The position numbers were made by a program, and so were the translations under genes. The notes beneath the pieces were generated by a model. It worked only from the letters and a program-made list of their open reading frames with translations, was not told the origin of the DNA and searched no databases. A stretch of DNA of 64,000 nt from a virus (lineage: Duplodnaviria > Heunggongvirae > Uroviricota > Caudoviricetes), in IMG/VR virus record IMGVR_UViG_3300037487_000968, positions 141,280 to 205,279 of that record; one strand, given 5' to 3'. Shown here in pieces: positions 1-9,082 of this stretch (its first letter is position 1; each line of letters opens with the position of its first letter).

Positions 1-181
1 AGGAACTTATAGAAACAAGCTAAAAGGTGAAATAACACTACGGTGTCCTAAGTCAGCGAACCAACATTAGAACCAAACCGGGCCAGGGGACACCTCTCGA
101 GCTGCAACAAGACTTGATAGATTCCACTTGCAGGTGGTGCTCTTTCTCGTCGGCTTGCTTCTATAAATACCCGATAAGTAT

Positions 182-270
182 TATATTGAAATACACTGTT
201 TGAGATGCACTGGAACGGGTCTCAATCCGGAACCTTACACTTGCCTTGCGGCACAATATACTTCAATATA
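182..270 (-). repeat. Imperfect inverted repeat (arms 182-198 and 252-270), copy 1 of a duplicated intergenic hairpin element
   Basis: Arms TATATTGAAATACACTG and CACAATATACTTCAATATA. On the minus-strand transcript every mismatch becomes a G-U wobble, giving a 17-bp stem. A second copy lies at 4856-4967. Confidence 0.5.
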
Positions 271-425
271 ACACTACAATAACTAAAGTGAAACACATTA
301 TGACCGGGCTGTTATACTCTCTACTAATACCACCAGGGTATTCGGGTCGTTAGTCCGACTTAGTTACCTATCAACTAATGTATCTCACTTTAGCTATCGT
401 ATGTGTTAATTATAATGCCTTTTAC

Positions 426-1079
426 TTACTCTGTCAACGGTTGTTCCTTACAATACCGTTCTATGTTTGCCCTTGCCTGTTGCTCCCACTTTGATCGGGC
501 AAAATCGGTGTGATAGATAAATTCGCGACAGGTTAGAAACTGCTTTAGGAAGGCAGCACTCTTCCCTTGATCTCTAGGATAGGAGCCACCATTCTCGTCA
601 ATAATGTTTATTTGGTTCTGGATAAAGTCTTCGTATGGAAGACAAAGTGAAAAGAGATCAGCATCAAGCAAGGTTCCCAGATCACCTCCTAGATCATCTA
701 CCATTCGCTTATTACTTAGATGAATTTCTATACAGGTATATAGAATCAGCTGTGCAGCCTTATCCACCACGACCATATTATCGGGTGTCAGGCTACGCCC
801 TGTTAAGAGAAGTGCAGCAGCAGAGCATCGTTCGTTAGCATCGGATCCAGCACCCGGAATATAGATAGCATCGTGCCAGTATGCTGCCAGAAGCAACTCT
901 GGTGATGCGTTTTCATCAATAACCTGAACACCCTTAACAACATTAAGAGCGTGGCCCCAATTATGGTAATGACGACTCTTCCAGTTGATATCATACCAAT
1001 ACTGTGCAGCAGTAGCAATGTCTTTCATTTTACTTTCCTTGCTGCCTGTGTTTTCCATCCTTCCAACCAGGCACACCAT
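426..1079 (-). CDS. HD-domain phosphohydrolase
   Basis: NWGHALNV (H) and AAYWHDAIY (HD) motifs characteristic of the HD superfamily. The true start may be the internal Met (MKDIAT). Confidence 0.5.
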   Translation of the reverse strand: MVCLVGRMENTGSKESKMKDIATAAQYWYDINWKSRHYHNWGHALNVVKGVQVIDENASPELLLAAYWHDAIYIPGAGSDANERCSAAALLLTGRSLTPDNMVVVDKAAQLILYTCIEIHLSNKRMVDDLGGDLGTLLDADLFSLCLPYEDFIQNQINIIDENGGSYPRDQGKSAAFLKQFLTCREFIYHTDFARSKWEQQARANIERYCKEQPLTE

Positions 1080-1239
1080 CTTGCTTGAGTCATTACATCT
1101 ACAAAATTTCTCAACAACTTCGGACCACCGCCCGGGCGTGGATCAACTATTAGTCTATCAGGAAACATAGAGCAATACTCGTTAAATGCCTTACGGCATA
1201 CCTTGAGTTCCTTTAATGATAAATCTGGAACATCTTCTT

Positions 1240-2637
1240 TCATTCTTCTACCTCAACCTTTTCCGGCTTGATAGCAGCAGCGAACTGAGCTTCAATCTCT
1301 GCGAAACTATCAGCAACTGTTTTGTCAGGCCGCGACTCAATCAACCGGGGCAGGAACAAAGAATGTTTCTTACCAGCCTTAGTGGAATACATAATACCAT
1401 TTGATCGGATGGTGACAATGCTGTTCATCCACTCGGCACGATTATTGTGTATTTCGTTCCGCAAGTCATCTGGGATACCCGAAGCATTGACCTCAAGCAG
1501 GCCGCAGCTACTCTGACAAGTAAGTGAGCCAAACAAGTGGGCAAACTTGTTTTTACCGGCGGTAAAACCTATTACTTCAAGCTCAACATCAACTACTTCC
1601 TTCTGCTTGACTTGATCCTTGCTTGTGCCATCCTTCCAGATAGCGTGGCGACTCTTACATACGGTGCCTTCCAGCTTACGCCTGCGAGCATCACGATAAT
1701 GTGCAAGTGCTTCATCGGGCGAATAAACAATCTTTGTTTCAATCAGCTGGATCTGAATAACATCAGTTCCTTGCAAGACAGGTTTCATTACCTGTTTTTC
1801 AAGCGATGTGTAACGTTCGTGATAAGAAACATTGTATTTGCCCTTAGAAACAAAAGCTTCTAATGGAATCTGATCCCAACAATCAAAAACAACAATCTCA
1901 CCTTCACCGAACGACCCACCTTTGGAAACAGAATTCAAAATCCCATTTCCAATTTGGCGTTCCAACATCACCCCGTTACGATACACAGTAAGTTCACCGT
2001 GTGTGCTCGTTCCATGTGTAAATGTTTTTGTGGCGGCAGCTTCAATGCCAAGCACATCCTGTGGCATCACTGTGCCGCCACGAGAAGTAATTTGAACAAA
2101 TCCGTCCTTGCTTACATTTACATAAGCAAACATTCCATCTGCTTTGATCTCTGAATACACGCCTTCGGAATAATCCCATTCTTCCATATTGGAAGATTCA
2201 GGAAGGCTACACCGCATATAAGGAGTGACAGGAATTTCATAATCCTTGTTTACACCTTTGACAGCTTTGTTCACAGTAGATTCTGAGAAGCCGCTGCCCA
2301 AATCTTTTATCAATAATTTTCGATACCAGCCATTCCATTGTTCATTAGTTGATCTCAACATAGACATATTGATTGCGTCCAACGCCGCATGACCTGTTAC
2401 CACACGATTGATCAACGCAAAGGCAAGTGTCTTAAACATAACAAATGGTAAACCAGCACCATCCGGCCCAGTACGAACCGGGACCTTCTTCACACCAAAG
2501 GTATCAATATTGTCTAAGGCGTACCTTAATCCAGCGAAAAATTCATCGTTGCCGGCTTGCGCTTCTCTGCGAATAACACCCTGTTTGAAGAGTTTGCTGT
2601 TGTCGGATGCGATTTCTGTAAGTAGTTGGTGTGTCAT
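1240..2637 (-). CDS. ATP-dependent DNA ligase (T4 gp30-like)
   Basis: 465 aa with nucleotidyltransferase motif I EIKADGMF (KxDG). Size and downstream motifs fit a DNA ligase rather than an RNA ligase. Confidence 0.7.
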   Translation of the reverse strand: MTHQLLTEIASDNSKLFKQGVIRREAQAGNDEFFAGLRYALDNIDTFGVKKVPVRTGPDGAGLPFVMFKTLAFALINRVVTGHAALDAINMSMLRSTNEQWNGWYRKLLIKDLGSGFSESTVNKAVKGVNKDYEIPVTPYMRCSLPESSNMEEWDYSEGVYSEIKADGMFAYVNVSKDGFVQITSRGGTVMPQDVLGIEAAATKTFTHGTSTHGELTVYRNGVMLERQIGNGILNSVSKGGSFGEGEIVVFDCWDQIPLEAFVSKGKYNVSYHERYTSLEKQVMKPVLQGTDVIQIQLIETKIVYSPDEALAHYRDARRRKLEGTVCKSRHAIWKDGTSKDQVKQKEVVDVELEVIGFTAGKNKFAHLFGSLTCQSSCGLLEVNASGIPDDLRNEIHNNRAEWMNSIVTIRSNGIMYSTKAGKKHSLFLPRLIESRPDKTVADSFAEIEAQFAAAIKPEKVEVEE

Positions 2638-2638
2638 A

Positions 2639-3073
2639 TTAAACCTTTAGATATGCGATGTGTTCTTTGATTGCGTGTTTTTGGTCAGGTGTCAGCTTAT
2701 CCCATACCATATTTGCAACAATGCGGCGATCATTGTATTCGTCATGTGCTTTCTTAAGATCTTTTAGATTTCGTTCAAGTGATTCGAGTTCCCATTCTTC
2801 TGTATTGTATGTAATGATATCATCAATATAGATTTTATTGGTATGATCTTCGCACTCGAATCTAACAGAAGGGCCTGTCTCAGTCAAAGATACATGCGTA
2901 GATACACCAAGGTGGCATGCCATTGCCTGAGCATCCATTAACCGTTTTGGGATGGTTGCTTTATACATTGCGATATGCTCAGCCTCATTTAATTCGTATT
3001 GTCTACGAATTTCAGCTTCTTCAGCTAAACGCTTTGCTCTGCGGCCGGTTGGGTCAATTACTTTTGTTGCCAT
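2639..3073 (-). CDS. hypothetical protein
   Basis: 144-aa ORF adjacent to the ligase, with a 1-nt gap and uniform coding texture. Confidence 0.45.
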   Translation of the reverse strand: MATKVIDPTGRRAKRLAEEAEIRRQYELNEAEHIAMYKATIPKRLMDAQAMACHLGVSTHVSLTETGPSVRFECEDHTNKIYIDDIITYNTEEWELESLERNLKDLKKAHDEYNDRRIVANMVWDKLTPDQKHAIKEHIAYLKV

Positions 3074-3113
3074 GTGTATATTATAGTTGATTCGCTATAA
3101 AGAGTCAACAGGA

Positions 3114-3332
3114 TTATAACAGCATTGTTAATCCAATACGCCGTATCTCATCAATACACTGTATTTCACAAATGCCTTCTGATGTATGCTTATCCATGTC
3201 AACCCAATCACTTTGATGAGTTGTCTCGTCGTCCACCCAACGATGTATAGCACCATTTGCATATACTTTGAAACAGCCTTCGTTAGTGTCAAGGTATGCA
3301 ATCTTTTCTACAAAATTGCTATGAATTTTCAT
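3114..3332 (-). CDS. hypothetical small protein
   Basis: 72-aa ORF. The 4-nt overlap with the next ORF suggests coupling. Confidence 0.3.
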   Translation of the reverse strand: MKIHSNFVEKIAYLDTNEGCFKVYANGAIHRWVDDETTHQSDWVDMDKHTSEGICEIQCIDEIRRIGLTMLL

Positions 3333-3535
3333 TTTACCTTCTTTGATTTCGGGAAATATCCTTCGGCAAGATCATCTGTGATCGAATTCATAAAGCGTGT
3401 CATACTTTCGACATCGCCGTGTGCCTGAAAGAACTTCTTTTTAGCACCATCGGCTAACCGTGTTACCTCAATGTGGAGATACTTATCGATGTCTTCAGTA
3501 ACTTCAAAATCAAACAGTGTCATCAATTTTTGCAT
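3329..3535 (-). CDS. hypothetical small protein
   Basis: 68-aa ORF in a coupled series. Confidence 0.3.
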   Translation of the reverse strand: MQKLMTLFDFEVTEDIDKYLHIEVTRLADGAKKKFFQAHGDVESMTRFMNSITDDLAEGYFPKSKKVK

Positions 3536-3962
3536 TTTCAGCCTTTAGTTTTCTAAGTCTTAAAACTTCTTTTGTTTCACCTTTGCTCTTCTTACCATTG
3601 CAAGGAGAACACATAAGTTGAGCATTGGATAAATTATCTGCACCGCCCAAAGCCCTGGCGAGCTTATGGTCATGGGTGAATAAAACATCTTCGTCTTCAC
3701 GCACACCATATAGGTTAAGGTGCCAGGCCATCTGCCCAGGTGATTGTTCCACCGCAAAGAATGTTCCTTCCAATCCGCAGCATACACACTTCATTCCTTT
3801 AGATGCTGCCCGAGCAAATGTTTTCATTCGCAGCGAGGATACACCTACCCAGATGCCGGATGGTCTTTGGATACGAGCTCGTTTTTCTTTCCAATGTGCT
3901 TTCACATCGGGTATGATTTCGGAGATCGGTATTACTTCAGATCGAAGGTATCTTTGTGTCAT
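3510..3962 (-). CDS. HNH homing endonuclease
   Basis: C-terminal FTHDHKLARALGGADNLSNAQLMCSPCNGKK is a canonical HNH motif. A Cys-rich Zn motif CVCCG lies upstream. Confidence 0.65.
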   Translation of the reverse strand: MTQRYLRSEVIPISEIIPDVKAHWKEKRARIQRPSGIWVGVSSLRMKTFARAASKGMKCVCCGLEGTFFAVEQSPGQMAWHLNLYGVREDEDVLFTHDHKLARALGGADNLSNAQLMCSPCNGKKSKGETKEVLRLRKLKAENAKIDDTV

Positions 3963-4089
3963 GTTGCTATTATAACGCAGATTGATATAAAGATAAAATG
4001 AGTAGGCAGTTATACATCCAGTCTTTTAACCACACGGCCTATCCCAACCATACGCGATGGCCTCTTGATTTAATGGGTCATAGTGGTAC

Positions 4090-4632
4090 CTACTCAAACT
4101 TAAAATAGTTGAAGTGATCTTCTAAATTCCATGTTTCCTGATTGATATCAACATTATCATGTGTCTGTAATTTAATATTCAGAACATTGTATCTCTTAAA
4201 GAAATTCCAATAATCTGGCGTAGAAGATGTAAGACCATTCTTCCTTAGTAAGGCATCGTTTGCTTTACTGATTAAACAGGTTGGAATATTCATTGCTTGT
4301 TTAGCATCAAATACACCTTTAATAAGAAGATCTCGAGCCTTGCTGGCAGGAATGACATGCTCAAAGATACAACTCTTGATATCAGTTCCTACTTCTTTAT
4401 AATGTGCTCCAATGCTTGCTTGCACCCTATATCCGTGATATCTTCTTAGCCAATGATCAATTGCATCACGCATAAGACGAAGTGTCTGCGTGCCACCACC
4501 GAGATGATATGCTTCTACAAGCCGATCAATTTCTCTTATAGTAATTACGCTCGACTCTTCATAACATTCGGGTCCGCGACGAACCCTTGAGTAAGGAGTA
4601 TCAACATAATTCTTTAAGGATGCTTCAAGCAT
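4090..4632 (-). CDS. hypothetical protein
   Basis: 180-aa ORF with no recognisable motif. Confidence 0.45.
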   Translation of the reverse strand: MLEASLKNYVDTPYSRVRRGPECYEESSVITIREIDRLVEAYHLGGGTQTLRLMRDAIDHWLRRYHGYRVQASIGAHYKEVGTDIKSCIFEHVIPASKARDLLIKGVFDAKQAMNIPTCLISKANDALLRKNGLTSSTPDYWNFFKRYNVLNIKLQTHDNVDINQETWNLEDHFNYFKFE

Positions 4633-4640
4633 ATTTAATA

Positions 4641-4841
4641 CTACCGATCACCTTCGAATGCAGCTTCAGCAGCCATCACTAAATTGTCATATCCGATGTC
4701 ATACAATTCGGCAGGATCCAACTCATTCAGCTCTTCTTCTGTCATATCAAGTCCGTCATCCCAGCAACCTTCTGTAGCATAGAAGCCATCATCCATGTCG
4801 CCTTCGACTACGACACTATTCCAATCAACTTTTTTACTCAT
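4641..4841 (-). CDS. hypothetical acidic small protein
   Basis: 66 aa, very acidic. AGGAG Shine-Dalgarno sits 8 nt upstream of the ATG, immediately downstream of hairpin element copy 2. Confidence 0.45.
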   Translation of the reverse strand: MSKKVDWNSVVVEGDMDDGFYATEGCWDDGLDMTEEELNELDPAELYDIGYDNLVMAAEAAFEGDR

Positions 4842-4855
4842 AGTTTACTCCTGTG

Positions 4856-4967
4856 TATCATATTGAAATACACTGGCAATACTGAGGAGCCAGTTCCGCA
4901 GGCAAATACGAGTTCTCGTAGATGAATGCACCTGGAGCCATTTTCAAACCAATATACTTCAATATGA
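4856..4967 (-). repeat. Copy 2 of the duplicated intergenic hairpin element (arms 4856-4875 and 4949-4967)
   Basis: Carries the same arm sequences as 182-270. A shared downstream motif ACCGGGCTRTTA also appears in both copies, at about 311 and 5020. Confidence 0.5.
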
Positions 4968-5281
4968 TAACAAATAAAAGTGTTCTGGCGACTCCACCAC
5001 AAAGTCCCAGAACCGGGCTATTAATCCATTCATCTAATATCTGTCACGTTTGGGCAAATTAGAAATGCCCTGCGATTTTCCCAGGCTCCCCTAATTGGGG
5101 ACTATGAGGCAGATCGTAAGCGCCCGGCAGTTCTGGTTTACTGCCTAACCCACTTTGACATAACGGAGTAAGTGTATTCCGGGTTAATCTTCGCCGTTCA
5201 CAAACTTTGCAGTCCATTCAGCAGCTTCTTCAAATTCGGCCCAGGATTCCCTGAACCATTTTTTAATCATTCCCCACATTT

Positions 5282-5485
5282 TTATTTTGAAGAACTTGTA
5301 TCTTGTTCAAATAACCGTTCTTCATATTCCTCTTGTGATAAAGAATGACTTCCGTCACAATAACCTGTGGTACTGCGACCGCAGCCACACGGTTGCTTGT
5401 GGTCTGTGCCAAAAATCATATCCCATCTTTGTGCGTATTCTTCGTTTGAAACACTACGCGGTCTTACCCAACTGCCTTTACTCAT
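5282..5485 (-). CDS. CDGSH-type iron-sulfur/zinc-finger-like small protein
   Basis: CGCGRSTTGYCDGSH resembles the CxCx2Sx3PxCDGSH signature of mitoNEET-type domains but is one residue shorter. Confidence 0.4.
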   Translation of the reverse strand: MSKGSWVRPRSVSNEEYAQRWDMIFGTDHKQPCGCGRSTTGYCDGSHSLSQEEYEERLFEQDTSSSK

Positions 5486-5650
5486 TATTATGTTATCCTT
5501 AAAAACTAAAAATTTGATATGAACGGCTAGATGCTTACCCTGAGAAAGGATTTATCGGCACGCCAGCATCTGTCTTGCCACTAATCCAAAGTGATCAATC
5601 CTTTGGGAATTAGGAAGAAAAGTCTCGGTTACTTATTCTTCATACCAAAA

Positions 5651-5756
5651 TTTTATATTAGAACACATTCACGCAGGAGTTGTCTACCTACTTGGCCCTA
5701 TATGGGTGGATCGATCCGAGTGCCAGCTGGACACCCAAGTGTGTTCTAATATAAAA
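5651..5756. repeat. 16-bp perfect inverted repeat (TTTTATATTAGAACAC / GTGTTCTAATATAAAA) flanking a 74-nt loop
   Basis: Exact reverse complements at 5651-5666 and 5741-5756, inside a 600-bp noncoding gap (5486-6085). Confidence 0.6.
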
Positions 5757-6085
5757 CCTATAATGCTTGGATCCGCCGGTGGTAATTGTACCAGATCAAA
5801 CCCTTTCGGGTCATCACACCTGGCCTCCACCCACTCCTCGTCACGGTCCATTATCGTATTGCCAACGCACTTTGCACCAAAGTGTAAGGTCCTGTAGTAA
5901 TCATCCTACTTCTCATCTTCCGGACCAGAATAGCAGTTGATTAGACTGCACGTCCAATTATATAAGGGCATTTAGCCTACATAAGAGCCCATCCTAGTGT
6001 AGCGGTATCCGGTCAATTAGTGGGTCGACGGACCATCCAGAGTTTTTTCACCACAACCTAATAGGTACTCTGCATTCTTACAAAT

Positions 6086-6478
6086 TCACGGCCACTGCAA
6101 AACAACGTCGCCGTCCTTCAGAGGAAGTGTTGCCTTCCACGAATTAGTATTCACGAGGATACGATTGTATCCATTATTTTCCATATTCCAACGAAGTATT
6201 TCTTCCTTCGGATCATTCCGGGCAACAACTTCTTCCAGCGTCTCGACCTTGCCGCCCAAGTAATACATAGGCGAAGTCTTAGTAATCTTGCTATCGAGCT
6301 CTTCGTCCTTGCGGGTCCGAGTGCTGAAGTAAAAACCATATGGTGTAGCACCGTGACGTTCTTTGATTCTTTTAGCCATTTCCTTGGCTGCATCGACATC
6401 CCAACTTTCGATAGGGGATTCGGATGTTTCGGAAACAAATGTTCCCGGAGAGCAAAAAGTGACAAAATGTTTTTTCAT
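6086..6478 (-). CDS. hypothetical protein
   Basis: 130-aa ORF. The overlapping 104-aa alternative-frame ORF was rejected. Confidence 0.4.
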   Translation of the reverse strand: MKKHFVTFCSPGTFVSETSESPIESWDVDAAKEMAKRIKERHGATPYGFYFSTRTRKDEELDSKITKTSPMYYLGGKVETLEEVVARNDPKEEILRWNMENNGYNRILVNTNSWKATLPLKDGDVVLQWP

Positions 6479-6508
6479 ACTACTCTTTCTAAATACCTAC
6501 TTCAAACT

Positions 6509-6593
6509 TGGTGCGGCTGGCCGGACTCGAACCGGCACACCTTTCGGCGAGAGATTTTAAGTCTCTTGTGTCTACCAATTTCACCACAGCCGC
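6509..6593 (-). tRNA. tRNA-Leu (anticodon TAA), class II with long variable arm
   Basis: The reverse complement folds as a cloverleaf: GCGGCTG acceptor stem, anticodon loop CTTAAAA, TTCGAGT T-loop, encoded CCA, 85 nt. Confidence 0.75.
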
Positions 6594-6637
6594 TATTCTC
6601 TAATAAGTATTTATTATATACTTACTTATCGTGCCTG

Positions 6638-6973
6638 TCAATAAAGGCCTAGCATATCCATTTCATCTTCAATTGCAGCGGCAACAGTTTCCTTTAATTG
6701 CCGCGGGTCGGTAATCACGACCTCTACAATTTTGTCTGCCAGCTTTTCGCGACCATTCAAATATGCCTGGAGCCGACCAGCAGCAATAGTGCGGCCAACC
6801 TTCTTATTGAAAACATCACCCGGGTTGCAACGAGCAATGGTAATCAGCACCTTGTTGTTATCAGCAGGGAGAATAGCAACTGTGGCACCGCCGCGTGAAC
6901 TGATTTCTTCAGAATCACCCCAGCCACCAGCGTCATTAAAGGCCCGATAATGCATAAATTGAATATTGTTCAT
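6638..6973 (-). CDS. hypothetical protein
   Basis: 111-aa ORF. Confidence 0.4.
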   Translation of the reverse strand: MNNIQFMHYRAFNDAGGWGDSEEISSRGGATVAILPADNNKVLITIARCNPGDVFNKKVGRTIAAGRLQAYLNGREKLADKIVEVVITDPRQLKETVAAAIEDEMDMLGLY

Positions 6974-7032
6974 TGTAGTTCCTATGTTGTGTAATGTCTA
7001 AAATGTTATTATACAGTGTATAGGCTATGCTG

Positions 7033-7458
7033 TCAATTGTCGCCTATGATTAACCTGCCGTATTTTTTGTGAAAGTTATCAAAATTATCTAATAGTATAG
7101 GTTCTATCGGCATTCGATGTTGAACAAGAATACACTTTATACACAATAATGGAAAAATATTTTCACTTATTGTTGATGGCACAGCTCGGACTGTAGTATC
7201 GTAATCATAACCTAAACCGACAAACGATACAAATTCTTTCCTTGATTCAGCAAATGGCTTTGTTAAGGCAAATTCGGTGTCAATATAGGCAAGCAAAATA
7301 TCAAATACAACATGACATGGGTGTGGTATTCGAAACGTATCGGGTTGTAAACCAGGGTGATTCTTTTGCCACGCCCAACCCTCGGCAGGTTTGATAGCAT
7401 CCTTTGTGGCAATGACATCATCCATTAGTTTCAGTAAAGTGATATATTTTTGATTCAT
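7033..7458 (-). CDS. hypothetical protein
   Basis: 141-aa ORF. Confidence 0.4.
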   Translation of the reverse strand: MNQKYITLLKLMDDVIATKDAIKPAEGWAWQKNHPGLQPDTFRIPHPCHVVFDILLAYIDTEFALTKPFAESRKEFVSFVGLGYDYDTTVRAVPSTISENIFPLLCIKCILVQHRMPIEPILLDNFDNFHKKYGRLIIGDN

Positions 7459-7467
7459 ATCAGTATT

Positions 7468-8016
7468 TTACGACTTTGTTATCGGCCTGTCAACGAGTTT
7501 ATAAAATCTGTGATTGTCGATAACCACAGCAAGTCGATATTGTTTTGACCATAGTGGATATTTGTATCTTTTTGCTTTCATTAAGGTAGGTGCAAGGTAG
7601 TGCGTAGCACCATTGGTTGGATCAGCAACTTCTTTCCTCATAACAGATTTAGCTACCTGTAAGGCCTGTTTCCAACTAGTCTTATCTATTGTGCTTTTTT
7701 GCTTTGGCTCCAAATGGAGACTCATTGCCGCTGCTCTTAATGCAGGATTATCATTGAAGATACTATACTGCTTAGGGGACAATACAACCTTACAAATCGT
7801 CTGTTTAACAGCTCGATTCATTGCTGTATAGGCCACAGCTATCTGACCCTTTAACGACTCCCCTCGAGCTTCACCGTAGATCATTGTGGCCAAACATTTT
7901 TCCTGCCTGACCTCTATCTTTGGTGTAACTTTAGCAATGGGACGATAACATATCGTTGGTGTGCCTTGTTGAACCATAATAGGCACAAAGGCTAGTGATA
8001 GGAGTAAGCATCTCAT
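7468..8016 (-). CDS. SleB-like cell-wall hydrolase (Hydrolase_2 family) with signal peptide
   Basis: N-terminal hydrophobic signal sequence, followed by IYGEARGES...AVAYTAMNR...ATHY motifs typical of SleB/CwlJ-type hydrolases. Confidence 0.6.
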   Translation of the reverse strand: MRCLLLSLAFVPIMVQQGTPTICYRPIAKVTPKIEVRQEKCLATMIYGEARGESLKGQIAVAYTAMNRAVKQTICKVVLSPKQYSIFNDNPALRAAAMSLHLEPKQKSTIDKTSWKQALQVAKSVMRKEVADPTNGATHYLAPTLMKAKRYKYPLWSKQYRLAVVIDNHRFYKLVDRPITKS

Positions 8017-8065
8017 ACCATAATTATATGTTAATTAGAAGTATGAGTCAACAGGATATAGAATA

Positions 8066-8370
8066 AGTGGCAGTCGCGGATTAGAGCTTCTTTAGCAAGA
8101 TAAATGCCCACTGCCTGTAAACTGGATCTTATGGATTTATTTATTGCCTGCCAGCGCACGAAAAGATGGCAATCGCGAAGCAGATGCTGAACCACCATGC
8201 AGATGGCCGAGATGCTTCCATTGCCAGTATTCAACAAGGAGATATTTCAATCCATGAAGGACACCTTAAAGTTGGCAGTCGCGAAAAGTAGTGCCGAACC
8301 AGAACCTAATCCAGTCGAGATGCTTTTCCACTGTCTGTCCCGACATGTATTAGGAACCTTTATAAGAAGT
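8066..8370. repeat. Three degenerate tandem repeat units of about 100 bp in an intergenic region
   Basis: TGGCAGTCGCG(G/A)A recurs at about 8071, 8168 and 8273. (C)GAGATGCTT(C/T)CCA(T/C)TG recurs at about 8207 and 8320. Confidence 0.45.
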
Positions 8371-8427
8371 TTACAGCCCTTTCGGGATTGGCTCCACTTA
8401 TGCCGTGGTGAGCATTCTTATATTAAA

Positions 8428-8504
8428 TGGTGGGTCGGGAGGGACTCGAACCCCCAATCAACAAATTATGAGTTTGCTGCCTTAACCAATTTGGCCACCG
8501 ACCC
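8428..8504 (-). tRNA. tRNA-Met (anticodon CAT), elongator type, or Ile2 if lysidinylated
   Basis: Cloverleaf with G1-C72 pair, anticodon loop CTCATAA, T-arm GGGGGTTCGAGTCCCTC, encoded CCA, 77 nt. Confidence 0.75.
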
Positions 8505-8509
8505 GAAAC

Positions 8510-8785
8510 TTAATCTTTCTTGATACGCGGGTCTTCATCGATAAGACCTTGAACCATAAGAGAATCACAGACGCCATTCATTATAATCCAAAGTTTCCAG
8601 TCTGCCGCTTCGGACCATTTGGCATTGTCTGCCAACAACTTATTCATTTCCTTTAACTCAGCAAGAATGAGTTTATTTGTATCAACAGTTTCGATAACTT
8701 CCTTGATCCCTGTATGTTCTGCAGCCGGAATTGATTCAACAGTTTCAGCTACTTCGGTTTTCTTAGTTGCAATTTTCCTAACCAT
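8510..8785 (-). CDS. hypothetical protein
   Basis: 91-aa ORF. Confidence 0.4.
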   Translation of the reverse strand: MVRKIATKKTEVAETVESIPAAEHTGIKEVIETVDTNKLILAELKEMNKLLADNAKWSEAADWKLWIIMNGVCDSLMVQGLIDEDPRIKKD

Positions 8786-8797
8786 TTTCTATCCTTT

Positions 8798-9082
8798 TTA
8801 TTGTAATTCACTTTGTCCAAACCAGATTCCGGCAATCTCGGTTGCAATAATTTGCGCCAGATGCCTACTGCAGAGAATATGTTCTCGTGCGGCTATTTTC
8901 TGCACTTCGTGTAATATATAGTTATTTGCCCACCTCTTAGAACTACTTGCATTCTCGAAATTGCTATGCACATCTTTTCTACTATTGAACTCAGCATCGC
9001 AAATTTCAAATAAGGTATCAACGGCATCAATTTCACATGTCATGGCATGATACAGTTCAATACCATTACGCGGTGAAAGCAT
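8798..9082 (-). CDS. hypothetical protein
   Basis: 94-aa ORF. Confidence 0.4.
   Translation of the reverse strand: MLSPRNGIELYHAMTCEIDAVDTLFEICDAEFNSRKDVHSNFENASSSKRWANNYILHEVQKIAAREHILCSRHLAQIIATEIAGIWFGQSELQ

Noticed and set aside
8197-8523. 108-aa plus-strand ORF spanning the repeat region and tRNA-Met, and 6353-6652 spanning tRNA-Leu
   Set aside because: Both overlap tRNA genes and the repeat-rich spacers. They have no RBS and a low-complexity translation.
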